Of a DNA stretch of 64,000 bases, positions 40,185-54,048 are shown piece after piece. The notes under the pieces were generated by a model. The model made no database searches, was not told where the DNA came from, and was given only the letters and a program-made list of their open reading frames with translations. The stretch spans positions 68,388,001-68,452,000 of the forward strand of contig NC_086108.1 in assembly GCF_963921235.1 (NCBI RefSeq), in the 5' to 3' direction. Position 1 is the first letter of the stretch. Each line of letters starts with the position of its first letter. The translations under genes and the position numbers were made by a program. Source of the DNA: Mobula hypostoma (lineage: Eukaryota).

Positions 40185-40764
40185 GGAGGCCCTCCATTGA
40201 TCAGGGTTGACCATGGATGTTGCGTCTTAGCTGTCTGTTTTATACTGCAAACCAGGGTAGTACGATATGGAGAGCAGTCTGTTTCTTATGCAGCAGGCTC
40301 CCACTCTGCAGGTAGCTGATAAATCCCAAGGAACGGCAGAGACCATACAATTTGGCCACCAGCATGTCACAAGATTCCAGTCAGCATTGAACTCAACGTT
40401 GGACTGCCTTAGGGACTCCAGCTTCAGATTTTTCCTCGGAGTTTACTCCTAGATCCTTCCCCATGACAGTGGTATAGCCGCAAGACAGTGGAAGATTGGA
40501 TCAGAATTTTTCTTCCAGGTAAACTGCCAACCCTGGCTGAGCCCCATCTGCTGGAGTGACTGGTTTTAAGGCAACAATGACCCACCTTTGCCCTTCTTCG
40601 GCCAGTAGAAACGGTTCCACCAAGCTTAGTAGCTCAGCCACATGTGAAGATTAGGAGCTGATTTTGCTTATCAGAGGTTATTTGAGTTGCATACCATTAG
40701 GAGCATTTAATAGGGAATGGGAGCTTATCTCCCCCCCCCCCCCCAAAGCTAAGACAACCTTAAG
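40185..40764. repeat. Unclassified ~570-bp interspersed repeat, copy 2
   Basis: Colinear with 20690-21256; inserted in a LINE 3' tail (40080-40165 and 40765-41075). Confidence 0.75.
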
Positions 40765-41777
40765 GAACAAAAGTACTATCAGGAAAAACAATGCTAGAAT
40801 ACAGAATGAAGTGTTGCAGTTGCAGAGAAAATGTAGATCAGGTAAACAGTAAGGTGCAAGGCCAGAACAAGATAGATTGTGAGTCAAGAGTACACAAGGT
40901 CCATCCAGTAGTTTTCTACCAGTGGGATAAAATCAGTCCTTGAACATGGTAGTATATACCTTCAGGCTTTTGTATCTTCTGTGTGATGGGAATGTGGTGA
41001 AGTGATGATGTTCAGGGTGGGATGAATCTTTGATTATGTCGACTGTTTTACCAAGGCAGCGAGAAGTGTAGACAGGTAACACAATTAACTGACAAGATAG
41101 AAGTCACCTAAAAATGTTAAAAGTTAGATAAAAATCTTAGAGTATACTGACACTAGCTTCAATAGAACTCAAGATATAGAAGCAGGAGAAGGTCACTCAC
41201 CCCATTCTGCCTGCTTTACCAAATGTTAAGATTGTGGCTGATCTTCTACCCTGGTGTCATTTTGTTGCACCAATACTGTATTCCTTTATCAAAGCCCAAT
41301 CTGCTTTATCTCTCCTTGTATGTTAACCCAGGTATCAATTTGATGAAATCTCACTGGACTCCCTCAATCACAAATAGATTCTTCCTTGGGTAAATAGATT
41401 CAACATTCCAAGTGCAGTCACAGCAGAGCCGTATGTAATTGGAAAAAGAAGTCCCAGCTCTTGCACTCAAATCCTTGTGTTTAAAAAAAATACAACATTC
41501 TGTTAACTTTCCTAATTACCACCAATATTATTTAGGAGTATTTGGAAACATTCTTGATAAGGTCAGCACTCAGTTGTCAGCTTTATTTCCAACGTATTGT
41601 GGGAAAGATTTACTCTTGCTTTTCCTCTCCACTTGCAGGATGTTATCACTGCATAAGGCTCTTCTGCCACGCACAGCCACACTCACTTAGGATCAAGATA
41701 GCACTTAAAAGCATATGGATACCAGTAAATCTATGAATGCTAAGTTTGTACATGCCATGAACACGAGATTCATCGGT

Positions 41778-41985
41778 TGCTGGAAATCCAGAGTAAGACA
41801 CACTAAATGCTGGAGGAACTCAGCAGGTCAGGCAGCATCATTGGAAAGGAATAAAGAGTTGATGTTTCGGGCAGAGACCCTTCAGCAGATCCCAATGAAG
41901 AGTCTCGACTCAAAACATTGACTCTTTATTCCTTTCCACAGATGCTACCTGATCTGCTGAGTTCCCCCAGCATTTTGTGTGTGTG
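41778..41985. mobile_element. Inverted pair of Penelope terminal repeats (fold-back)
   Basis: ~90-bp arms aaatgctggaggaactcagcagg... and ...ctgctgagttcccccagcatttt with a short spacer near 41890. Confidence 0.8.
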
Positions 41986-43109
41986 TTACTTTATACATAC
42001 CACCTAGGTCAGCTCAGTCATCCTGCTGCTTTCCTGCAGCACAGACTGTTCAGCATGTATCAATAGTGTGAATTATGCCTGAAATTTTGTTGTGAATCAA
42101 CCTGGAATTCAATTGCCTAGCACTTTATATACTCAGTTAAAATGTACAGTCCGACATTGAATGCAGTCAGCTTTAGCTCAGCTGATTGTGAACCATACTG
42201 CAGATGACACACCTGCACATGGATGACAAATGTTTAACATCACTGCAGCTGTAGTGCCTCAGATACAAAGTCAGGAAATAGTGCAGGCCTTCACCAAGGA
42301 AGCATGCCCTAAGCAGAAGGAAACTTGCCCCTTGAAAGTATAAACCTTCCCCGCTCCATTGTTCAACTCTCCACTTAAGAAAACAACAATGAATTCAGTC
42401 CTGATGCTACATTGTACCAGCTTCCTCAGCATTTTTCCTTTGGGCTCCTTTTGGCAGGGGTATTTCTCCCTCCCAACTCTGTCTCAACAATGTCAAATAA
42501 GGTGAGGTAGTTCTAGCACCCTTCAGATCAGCTGAGCCCATTATATCTAGCTGATATCTATTATATTACACATGGTATTATATTATATCTAGCAATAGTT
42601 TCAGTTGAAATTTGGGATTTGAGAACTCCAGCAGTGGTGGCATTTCATACTCTTTAATCATGTGGATGAGTTTGGGCTTTATGTGTAAATTTGAAAGTCA
42701 GATGTTCAGTTTATAGCTATGACAAAAGCCCCAAAACATTTGTATACTGCACAGTATGATTTTAGCTTTCTTTCATGCACAATAATATGTAGCTTGATGA
42801 TTCTATATTGAAAATATTTGAAATGTAGCTAAATACAATGAAACTGCAAAACAAAAATATTGGATTAACCTTAAAAGAAATTCACCTTTATTGTCTGTTT
42901 TGCTGGTGAGCACTGGAGTTAAATCAAATACTGATCAAAGCATTTAATTTTTGAAGGTAATCCTTGTTCATTGTTTTAATCACTTCATTCTCAAGGGTTA
43001 ATAAATTTGATTTGAATATTTATCAGATTTTGTTTCTACCAATATCATTAGATGTGAGATTATTCTATTTAATAACAATTTAAAATAGTTATTGTCATTA
43101 CTCATTTGT

Positions 43110-43415
43110 GAGACTAGAACTAGGCATAATGCCTCAAGATTCAGGGAAATAGATTTAGGAAAAGAATGAGGAGAAACTGCTTTTCCCAGAGAGAAGTAAA
43201 TTTTCCCAGGGATTCTCTGCCCAGGGAAGCAGTTGGTGCTATCTCATTAAATATATATTTAAGACACAGCTAGAAATATTCTTGCATAGCAGATTAATTG
43301 AGGGTTACAGGGGAAAGGCAGCTGAGTCCACTGCCAGATCAGCCATGATCATATTGAATGACAGAGTAGGCTTGATGGGGCCAGATGGCCTTCTCCTGCT
43401 CCTATTTCTCCTTAT
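43110..43415 (+). mobile_element. CR1 3' fragment
   Basis: actagaactagg...ttttcccagagag...tggccttctcctgctcctattt, a CR1 3' end. Confidence 0.7.
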
Positions 43416-44961
43416 CCTTCTGTGTAAAAGAATGTTATTCCACCCTATTATTTCCTTCAAACACTTACCTACACCGATTTAATGTGTTTTAATCTTAACA
43501 GTTTTGTTACATAATACAGCATATAAATTTTCTGTGCTACATGAAACTATGAAATAACTCTTGTAAAATGCTTACTTTAAAGCATGGACCTGTGCTCAAA
43601 GCTTCCAATTTTAATGGTTTGTGTATTTCTTAGCAGTATTGAATTGTATGCCTTTTCTGCATGCACATTTGTAAGTTCACTATTTGTTAATTCTTCATTC
43701 TGGTGATAGAACCTTGAAGTGGAAAATTTACATAGTATTACATAGCTGCAGTACTTCCCGTAGCAAAATTAAGTACACACACTGCAACCACAGGATGTTA
43801 GTGGACATGAAATCATACAGCAAACAGAGATCATGCAGTCTAATATGGCTATGCTAACAAACTAAGAGCTACCCAATTATCTCCACTAATGACCTTTTTT
43901 TACATTTTACCACTGTACGTGGAGTTTTTTTGACATCTTTTCTTAAATCTGCCTTTGTAACATACAAGGAGAAAATGTCACCTTATATTAAAAAACTGCT
44001 TAAAAATTTCCCTCACTATTTTAAGAATGCACTGCACGTATAAAGTAAAGATGATGAATAAATGTTTCAATATGAACACGCATTTAATGTTTTAAGCTCA
44101 ATAGAGACCTGGTCTGCTTAACTTGTGTTCATATGATACATCTACCATCCCAGAAAGCTATCAGGTGAATCTTCACTGCACCATCAATTGCAAGGTTGCC
44201 CTTCTTTAGGTAGGGAGACTGGAATACTTCATGATATCCCATATGTGGTTTGAGTCATAGCCCTATCAAGCTGGAATAATTATCTCATGCACTCACATAA
44301 GGCCAACGTAACATTTCTCTTCCTAATTGCATGCTATATCAGCATGTTAACTTCTGACAAGAAAGAGGTAAAATTAGGTTTTAATATCTGTACGTGTTTT
44401 GGAAATTATTCACAAAGAATTTCTCTAACATATTAAAAGTGTTGAAAAGCTCAATATTAGGTAACCTTCATTCTTTAAAAACTTACAGACAGTTGTTACG
44501 AGTAAATCTGCTCTGTTTTACTTCCTGTTTCTGTCTCCATGCATTTCATTGGTACTGACTACAGATGATACAAAAAGAGCTGGTAGGTTTGGAAAATGTA
44601 TTTCAAAACTGTTTTTGGAATTCTAAAAACTACATAATTATTCAATTACTGTCTATTCACTATAACCATAATATGTTTAACATAACATTTAACTATAAAT
44701 ATCTAAAGTTGATTTGTTGAAAAATCTTGCAACAATTTTCATTAATTAGTACTGAATTAATAAATCTAGTATTAAAATTATAAATGGCAACTAGTGTTAG
44801 GCCATTTTCTTTGCATGAGTCCTTTACCGTGCATAGTGTCATGATTCATCAGTCATCTGATAAGACATGAAACAATCTTAATAATATAGTGTGTATAAAA
44901 TATTGAATTAGGAGCAAAACTATAGATGGCTTGTACCTATAGTAATCCAGTGGTATTTTAG

Positions 44962-45530
44962 AATAGAAACACAGAAAATCTACAGCACAGTACAGGCCCT
45001 TCGACCCACAAAGCTGTGCTGAACATGTCCTTACCTAAGAAATTACCTAGGGTTTCCCATAGCCCTCTATTTTTCTAAGCTCCATGTACCTATCCAGGAC
45101 CCTCTTAAAAGACCCTATCGTATCTGCCTCCACCACTATTGCTGGCAGCCCATTCCACGCACTCACCACTCTCTGTGTTTTAAAAAAAACTTACCCCGAC
45201 ATCTCCTCTGTACCTGCTTCCAAGCACCTTAAAACTGTGCCCTCTCGTGCTAACCACTTCAGCCCTGGGAAAAAGCCTCTGACTACCCACATGATCAATG
45301 CCTCTCATCATCTCATACACCTCTATAAGGTCACCCCTCATCCTCCGTCGCTCCAAGGAGAAAAGGCCAAGTTCACTTAAACTATTCTCATAAGGCATGC
45401 TCCCCAATCCAGGCAACATCCCTTGTAAATCTCCTCTGCACCCATTCTATGGTTTCCACATCCTTCCTGTAGTGAGGCGACCAGAACTGAGCACAGTACT
45501 CCAAGTGGGGTCTGACCAGGGTCCTATAAA
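44962..45530 (-). mobile_element. CR1 3' fragment (same subfamily as 31845-34668 and 51258-52052)
   Basis: Minus [38 protein letters not shown]; shared tail. Confidence 0.9.
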
Positions 45531-46947
45531 GCTGCAAACTTTTGTATCAAACTTTACTCAAAATATGGCACTTTATATCTGGAATGCTAAATAACAAATT
45601 AGAAATTAGTTCCAGTTTACAGCTATCCAAAATGCTTCTTTAATATTTGATTTATGATTTCTCAGTACCTTGGGTTGTTTAAAGCATGATACAAAAGTTG
45701 ATTCATATATGTTAAAATTGGTCATCGAAATGTTTGTATTACCACAGGGCTTTGAAAACCTTAAACACTTGTTAGAAGTTGATCCACCCTGCCAGAACTA
45801 TGTGAATAGAGAGCACAATTTGGTGAATTGCTAGATAAACTATGTTTCTATACATTTCATAAAAATACAGCTTTATGTTAATAAGCTGAATATGATAACA
45901 GGGTCAGTTTAATTTAAGAGAACTTCCAAAAGAACAAAGGAAAAGTTTTTTTTATATAATGCATTAAGTTCTAATTTCAGAAGACTATTATATATTTACT
46001 TGTACAGGAAGGTCAATGGGAAAAGGGCCGGGTAGCATGTCCAAGTCATTAGCTCTATTACGGCATCACAGGCATGATTAGACACTGAGTCTTCTTTGAT
46101 ATGATGTAATTTAATGATTTTACTTGCAGGATGTTCAGCCACCTATAATGAAATGAAACCATGAGTTTTGAATTGTAGATATCATGGTATTGTCAGCAGA
46201 ATGCATACCTCAGTGTTCAGTACTACCCTCTGGCTGTAAGCCGGTTCGATACCGGTCAGACTTCAAGCTGTGCCAGTTCCTCTGTGTTTTTGTTTGAGCC
46301 CTTTATGCTTTGTCTAATACTACGAGAAGCAAACATACCAATAAGATGCATTGTGGTCCTATTCATACCATAGCAATCTTACGTCCACGTACTAAATGAT
46401 ACAGCTCAGGAAATGTGATGTGCAAATAAGGAGTAGGCTGGTAAACCCAGCATCTTCAGGATTAATATTACCCATTTAAATTTATTAGCTCGTTAAAATT
46501 CACTCTGTTAACTTTTCTATTCCTGTTTCTTATGGTATAATCATGATGTAAATGTTTTAAAATTATCAATAAACCAAAATATTAATTGATAATCTAAGTA
46601 ATCTATATGTTTTGACTTTTAAGAGTTTTAGTTTTTAGCTTTATCTTAATTAATATTTTTGATGTATTGGATATTTTGATACAAGTTTAGTTTTGATTCC
46701 GTGAAATAATATTCATAACGATAAAGAAATTCTTAGGTCTTTGACTTTTCCCATTAGTTTTGTCAGTCAGTACAGGGTTGGTCCTGTTTCGAGGAGGTTC
46801 ATAGTTGGGGTTCAGGATGATGGTAGGAAGCACATTATTTTAATGTTTCACTCCTTTCAGAGAGCAAAATTTGTTCTTGATGAATTGCAGTGTTTTAATA
46901 CTTAATTTTTCAGAAACTAACGCTCGGCCATCTACAATTCCTCTTAA

Positions 46948-47079
<132 letters not shown>

Positions 47080-47756
47080 TGATTTTTCAAGTACATTTTT
47101 GATTAAGCAGAAGAAAAGCATGCCTTGCCTAATGTTAAATCACACAGGATAATTTTAACTTGGGGTTGCAGAATGAAATGGCTGGTATTGATTCAGCTCA
47201 TATTATACACCTCAGTAGAAATAAAAGTTGTAAGTAATGTATAACAGGCAACTGAATCAATACCACCCACATAATGCTGTCATCTAAGGTCAGAAACTCT
47301 CCTACAGCAAGTGGTATGCACAGAGAGCTGTTCCTCAGATTTCTTAACCTCAGGCTTTTTTTATTACCTGATACAATTGATTTGAGCAATGCAGTCTCCA
47401 GTCTGTTTGTTAAATTAATATCTGCTTAGTTAAAAAATGCATCTACTTAAGACATTTTCACTATCTAATCTTTACTCAGTGATTTTCTTCAGCTTATGCT
47501 TAGAAATCCAAACACACTCCCTGAAGTTGTCTCCATCTGCGACTATCCTCCATTTTCCCAATTAGGCCTGTTTAGTGGATGGAATTGAACTAGAATACGG
47601 CCAGCCTAGTGGGGATTTGAGTTCAGAATTGACATGTCGACAGTCAAATCGAGGAATCGGAGATTGAGATTTCCATTACTCAGCAGATCAGGCAGTATCT
47701 GTGAAAAGAGAACCAGTTAACAATTAAGACCATTCATTAGAACATTATGCTACAAG

Positions 47757-48148
47757 AAACACAAGGGATTCTCCATATGCTGAAAGTATTGAGCAACATA
47801 AGACACAAAATGCTGGAGGAACTCGCCAACTCAGGCAACATTTATGAAGCGGAAAAAAACATATCAACAGGACTGGAAAGGAGCAGAAGGCAGAATGAGA
47901 AGGTGGAAGTGAAAGGGGGGGAGGAATACCTACAAGCAGGCAGGTGATGAAGTAAGCTGGGAAGAGGTAAAGGGCTGAAGCTGAAGGAATCTGAGAGGTC
48001 AGTGGACCATGGAAGAAAGGAAAGGAGGTTGGGAACCAGTGGGAGGTGCCATGGAAGAAAGGGAAGGAGGAGAGAACGATCAACTATTCATTCCCCTCCA
48101 TAGATGCTGCCTGACTTGCTGAGTTCCTCCGGCATTTTGTGTGTGTTG
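47757..48148. mobile_element. Penelope-like terminal repeats, inverted arrangement
   Basis: acacaaaatgctggaggaactc... at 47803 and its reverse complement at 48100-48145. Confidence 0.75.
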
Positions 48149-48496
48149 TTCATTATGATAAGATCTTAGTGCCATTCCAAAGACCTGGTTGCATGAGGGA
48201 CAGGACTGGTAACTCAATGTTCCTGGGTTTTGTTGTTTTGGATGTGATAGAGAGAGGGGTAAAGGAGGTGGAGTGGTAGCGCCACTGATAAAGGAGAAGG
48301 TCACAGCAGTGATCAAAAGATATAATAGAAGGCAGTTTGGGGTGGAGCTTAAAACAAGTTAGGTGCAATTACACTGATGGGATTATAGTATAGAAGAATA
48401 GATCTGTAAACACATTACGGGAAGGTGCAGAAATAACAGGGTTGTCATAGTGGAGAACTTTAATTTCCAGTGGGAATTAATTAAAGACCGGCTGAT

Positions 48497-48995
48497 CAGA
48501 ATCAGGTTTAATATCACTGGCATATGTTGTGATATTTGTTAACTTCACAGCAGTAGTACAATGCAATACATGATAAATATAGAAAAAACTGTATTACAGT
48601 ATGTATGTATATGTATATTAAACTGTTAAATTAAGATAAGTAATGCGAAAACAGAAATTTTAAAGTAGTGTGTGATGTTCATGGGTTCAATATCCATTTG
48701 GAAATTGGATGGCAGAGGGGAAGAAGCAGTTTCTGAATTGCTGAGTGTGTTCAGGCTTCTGTACCTCCTTCCTGATGGTAACAATGAGAAGAGGACATAT
48801 CCTGGGTGGTGAGGGTCCTTGATGATGGAAGTCGCTTTTCTGAGGCACCATTCCTTGAAGATTTCTTGCATGCTATGGAGGCTAGTACAAATGATGGAGC
48901 TGACTGATTTTACAATTCTCTGCAGCTCACTTCAATCCTGTGCAATAGCACCCCCCACCCATACCAGACAGTGATGCAGCCAGTCAGAATGCTCT
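48497..48995 (-). mobile_element. Rex/Babar-type LINE 3' end
   Basis: Minus ORF FKEWCLRKATSIIKDPHHPGYVLFSLLPSGRRYRSL. Confidence 0.8.
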
Positions 48996-51257
48996 TGATG
49001 ACCTCAAAGATCCAAAATTTAGCCAGAAAAGTAAAGGAAGCATAACTAAAGTTTACATAGGTAAAATTAGACCTCATCTTTGTGGAACATAACGATCGCA
49101 GATAAGTTCTCAACCAGGCGACTAGGAAGACCGAAGTGGCCATGAAATGCCCATAGTGCACAGGATCAAGATAAACCCCAAGACAAACAAGGACGTAATG
49201 ATGAGGCTTTATAAAGCATTGGTGAGGCCTCAGAGTATTGTGACCAAATTTGGTTCCTTATCTAAGAAAGGATATGCTGACATTGGAGAGGGTTCAAAGG
49301 AGGTTCATGAAAACGATATTGGGATTGAAAGGCTTGACATACGAGGAGCTTTTGATGGCTCTGGGCCTCTGCTCACCAGAATTCAGAAGAATGAGGGGTG
49401 AACTCACTGAAACTTATCGAATGTTGAAAAGCCTCAACAGAGTGGATGTGAAGAGGGTGTTTCCTATGGTGAGGGAGTCTAAGATCAGAGGACACAGCCT
49501 CAGAATAAAGGGTGCCCTTTTAGAACGGAGATGAGGAGGAATTCCTTTCACCAGAGATATGCAGCTGTGGGGATCAAGTTGTTGTGTATGTTTAAGGTGA
49601 GGTTGATAGATTCTTGATTGGTCAAGGCATGAAGGGATAGGGGAGAAGGCAGGAGATTGGGGCTGAGAGAAAAATTGGATCATCCATGATGAAATGGAGG
49701 AACAGACTCCATGGGCCAAATGGCCTAATTCTGCTCCAATGTCTTCTGTCTTAATCCAAGATACAGTGAAAATTTGGTTTCACATACTGATCAAACAGAT
49801 CAAATCGTTCCACAATACATTGTGTTTGATAACTCTGGGTCTATAGTGACTAGAATTCAGAAGAATGAGGGGTATCGTCATTGAAACCTATCGAATGATG
49901 ACAGGCCTTGATAGAGTGGATGTGGAGAGGATGTTTTCTATGGTGGGAGAGTCCAAGGCCAGAGGGCACAGCCTCAGAATAGAGGGGGGGTCCTTTTAGA
50001 ATGGAGATGAGGAGGAATTTCTTTCGCCAGAGAATGGTGAATCTGGAATTCATTGCCATATGCAGCTGTGGAGGTCAAGTCGTTGTGTATATTTAAAGTG
50101 CGGTTGGTAGCTTCTTGATTAGTCAGGGCATGAAGGGATATGGGGAGAAGGCAGGAGATTGGGGCAGAGAGAAGAAAATGGACCAGCCATGACAAAATTG
50201 GTGAGCAGACTTGGTGGGTCAAATAGCCTAATTCTGCTTCTATACTTTATGGTCTTGTGTTAAGAAAATGAGAATAACTCAGGAGCGGGTAGTTCTACTC
50301 AAGGATAAAGGAGGGAGTTTGTGCTTGCAGTCAGAACAAGTAGCTGAGGTATTACCTAAGTATTTTATTTCAGTATTTACCAAGGAGAATGATTTGGAGG
50401 GAATGTTAATGTATTGGGCCAGTTTGAAATTAAGGAGGAAGTTGTGCTGTCTTCTAAAAAGCATTAAGGTGGATAAGTCCCCATGCTCCATTGGCCTATA
50501 TTCTAGAATGTTGAAAGAAGCAGGTGAGGCCTGGTAAATAGCAAATGTTATGCCTTTGTTCAAAATAGGAAATAGGGATAATCCACCTTAGTGCTAGGAA
50601 AACAATCGGAGAGGACACTGAGGGAAAAGATTCATGTATATTTCAAAAAGCCTGGTCTACTTAGCAACAGTCAGCTTGGCTTCGTGCAAACAGGTTATGC
50701 TTTACAAACCTGATCAAGTTCGTTGAGCAAGTGGAAAAGGAACATTTTGAGGGTAAGGCAGTGGCCATTATCTACGTAGTTTCATGACATTTGTTAAGAC
50801 TCCTCAAATGATAATGATGCATGGGATTTCGGGTGAATTGAGAGTTTACATTCAGAACTGGCTTACCCAAGAAAGACAAGGAGCCAAGGCTGTTATGCTG
50901 CCTGGAGGTCTTCTGCAGAGTTTCGTGCTGGAACCTCTGTTTGTGATATTTAACAATGATTTGGATGAAAATGTAGATGGGCTGATTATCAAGTTTGTGG
51001 GTGACACCAAAATTGGTGGAGTTGTAAAGGACTATCAAAGAAAACCATGGGATATAGATCACTTACAGATATGGACATTAAATGGCAGATGGAGTTTAAT
51101 CTAGGCAAATGTGAGGTGTTGCACTTTAGGTGATCAAATGAAGGAGAAAAGTATGCAGTTAAAGGTGGACCCCTTTATAATATTGAGGTAAAAAGTTCAT
51201 AATTTTCTGAAAGGGACTGCCCAAGTGGTTAAGACGGTAAAGAAGGAGTTCTTTTTA

Positions 51258-52052
51258 TGGAGTTCAACCCAGATAAGTGTGAGGTGCTTCAATTTGTTAC
51301 GTCAAATATGATGGCAGTATATAGTATTAATGGTAAGACTAGGCAGTGGGGAAGCTTAGAGGGATCTTGGGGTCCAATTCCATAGGAGACTCAAAGGTGC
51401 TGTGCAGGTTGATGTGTGGTTAAGAAGGCATACGGTGCATTGGCCTTCATCAACCAAGAGATTGAGTTCAAGAGCCTAGAGGTAATGTTACAGCTGTATA
51501 GGACCCTAGTCAGACCCCACTTGGAGTACTGTGCTCAGATCTGGTCACCTCACTACAGAAAGGATGTGGAAACTATAGAAAGGGTGCCGAGGAGATTTAC
51601 AAGGACGTTGCCTGGATTGGGAAGCATGCCTTATGAGAATAGGTTGAGTGAACTTGGCCTTTTCTCCTTGGAGCGATGAAGGATGAGAGGTGACCTGATA
51701 GAGGTGTATAAGATGATGAGAGGCATTGGTCGTGTGGATAGTCAGAGGATTTTTCCCAGGGCTGAAGTGGCCAGCACAAGTGGGCACATTTTTAAGGTGC
51801 TTGGAAGTAGGTACAGAGGGGATGTCAGGGGTAAGTGTTTTACACAGAGAGTGGTGAGTGCATGGAATGGGCTGCTGGTGACTGGTGGAGGCAGATTCAA
51901 TAGGGTCTTTTAAGAGGCTTCTGGATAGGTACATGAAGCTTAGAAAAATAGGGGGCTATGAGTAACCCTAGGTAATTTCTAAAGTAAATACATGTTCAGC
52001 ACAGCATTGTGGACCGAAGGGCCTGTATTGTGCTGTAGGTCTTCTATGTTTC
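51258..52052 (+). mobile_element. 5'-truncated CR1 nested in an older CR1
   Basis: MEFNPDKCEV..., ORFs 51416 and 51683, tail ttctatgtttc; the host resumes gggttatggcatgcttgcc. Confidence 0.9.
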
Positions 52053-52445
52053 AATGCTTAAGGGTTATGGCATGCTTGCCTTCAACGGTAGGGATATTGA
52101 GTAGAAGAGTAAGGAAGTCACACTGCAGTTATGTAAAACCTTAGTCAAACCAAATTTGGAGTATTGCATGCAGTTCTGCTCACCCCATTATAGGGAGGAT
52201 GTGAAGACTGTGGGTAGGTGCAGAAGAGATTTACCAGGATGCTGCCCGGATTAGAGAGTTTGAGCTATAAGGATAGGTTTGGAAAAATTTGTGGTGTTCT
52301 CCCTGGAGCATAGGAGGCTAAGGGGAGACCTGATAATCATATTTAAATTTATATGAAAGTATAGATGGGACCCCTTTTTATATAATGGTACAGTGGATGG
52401 GTATGAAAATTTGATTATCAGTAGTCCAAAGCACAAATTGAAGTA

Positions 52446-52689
52446 CAGGTCGACCTTCACTAATCCAGCACCCTTGGGTCCTGAGGAGTGCCAGATTAGT
52501 GAAAATGCCGAATTACAGAAGGATCACATGAAGCAATAGCTAACCTTCACTAATCCAGCACCATTGGGACCTGAGGAGTGTCGGATTAGTGAAAATGCCG
52601 AATTACAGAAGGATTACATTAAGCATAATCAGTGCCAGATTATCGAAGGAACCGGATTACAGGTAGTCGGATTAGTGAAGGTCGACCCG
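52446..52689. mobile_element. MITE of the Tc1/mariner-pogo type with an internal 90-bp tandem duplication
   Basis: TA-CAGGTCGACCTTCACTAATCC...GGATTAGTGAAGGTCGACCCG-TA; internal units start at 52453 and 52543. Confidence 0.85.
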
Positions 52690-53571
52690 TATTACAAATA
52701 CCAGGATTTATAACCCCAAACCTGCTGTTGGTCAAAGGATGACACCCAATCATCCATAAGGGATCTTGATACCTGTGATTCACTGCTCTTCATTTTCCAT
52801 CATCTCCCATCTGCGACTAACATAGAGAGATATCTTTAAAAGCACTGACTCACATCCCACAAGTCATTTTCCGAGTGTTACACTAGCTGCATCCTTAATT
52901 GCTCAGATCAGATTTTGTTGTTTCTGAAATGGAGGAAATCAGAATTATTATTTCTTTTAAAGCAGCTAAAAGTCCTACTTTGGGAATTTTGTTTTGGTTT
53001 AGCACCCGATGGATATGAAGGCAAAATACAATACACCAAAAGTGGATGAAATCCAGTTTAGAGATAATCATATCTTTTTTATATGCATTAAATGTACCGA
53101 AGGCCAAAGCTGGGCAAAGACATGCATCTGATTTGTGCCTTTGTTGCAGGTTTCTCCAATGTATATCAAATGTTTAATGATGATTTACTACACCTCAGAC
53201 AAACTAAGTACTGAGCCAAGCCTTCCACTTGAAGCTTAAGGAGTTGCTGTAGCCTAAAAAGTGACTACCACCTAAACCAAAGATTTTACTTTTTTACTTT
53301 CGTATAGAGCTCAGTTTAAATATAACAAAACTATTTCTGCTTTCAAAAAGCAAGTTTTATTTTTTATTTTTGATATGGATATCCATTTATTTATAAAGCA
53401 TATGTACGGAGTCCTAAATAAGATTGACGTTATGAATTTACTAATTTTGTAAATGGATAGATACGTTACCACACAAAAATGATACAAATTAATAAGAAGG
53501 AACTGTTTTTGAATCAGTGCATCCAGTGTTTTATAGCAGATCAAAATTTATTGCTTTTATCTTTTCCTTAG

Positions 53572-53736
<165 letters not shown>

Positions 53737-53849
53737 TGATCCTACTTTTTTTTCAAATGAGAATCACCATTCTTTTAACCATGCGAACATTTCAAGTGGT
53801 GAAAGTTTCAAATGTGTTTTGAGTGCAACAGGGGTCTTTATATTTCACT

Positions 53850-54048
53850 GCAGGAAAAAAAAGCTGCTGGGAGAACTCAGAGAATCAGATAGCGTCAGTG
53901 GAGACAAAGGGACCAGTCAGTGTTTCAGGTCGAGACTTTACATCAGGATTGGTGTCTGATTCCACTTTTGTCCACACATGCTGCCTGACCCACAGAGTTC
54001 CTCCAGCTGCTTGATTTTTTTTCGAGCTCCAGCCCCAGCATCTGCAAT
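53850..54048. mobile_element. Penelope terminal-repeat fold-back, degraded
   Basis: gctgggagaactcag...gtttcaggtcgagactttacatcagga...tgctgcctgaccc..gagttcctccagc. Confidence 0.6.

Larger units (their letters stand above)
48150..52370 (+). mobile_element. CR1 cluster: an old fragmented ORF2 (48150-48480, 50265-51245, 52056-52370) plus inserted 3' ends (49185-49750, 49852-50258)
   Basis: Endonuclease-like GGGV..L, KVDKSP, KFVGDTKIGG, LERVQRRF motifs and repeated CR1 3' UTRs. Confidence 0.75.

Noticed and set aside
48996..49170. C/D box snoRNA (TGATGA near 48997 with a short terminal stem)
   Set aside because: No CTGA D box next to the 3' stem.
52453..52630. CRISPR-like or regulatory repeat array
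   Set aside because: Only two units, no unique spacers, enclosed by TA-flanked TIRs in eukaryotic DNA; it is a MITE.
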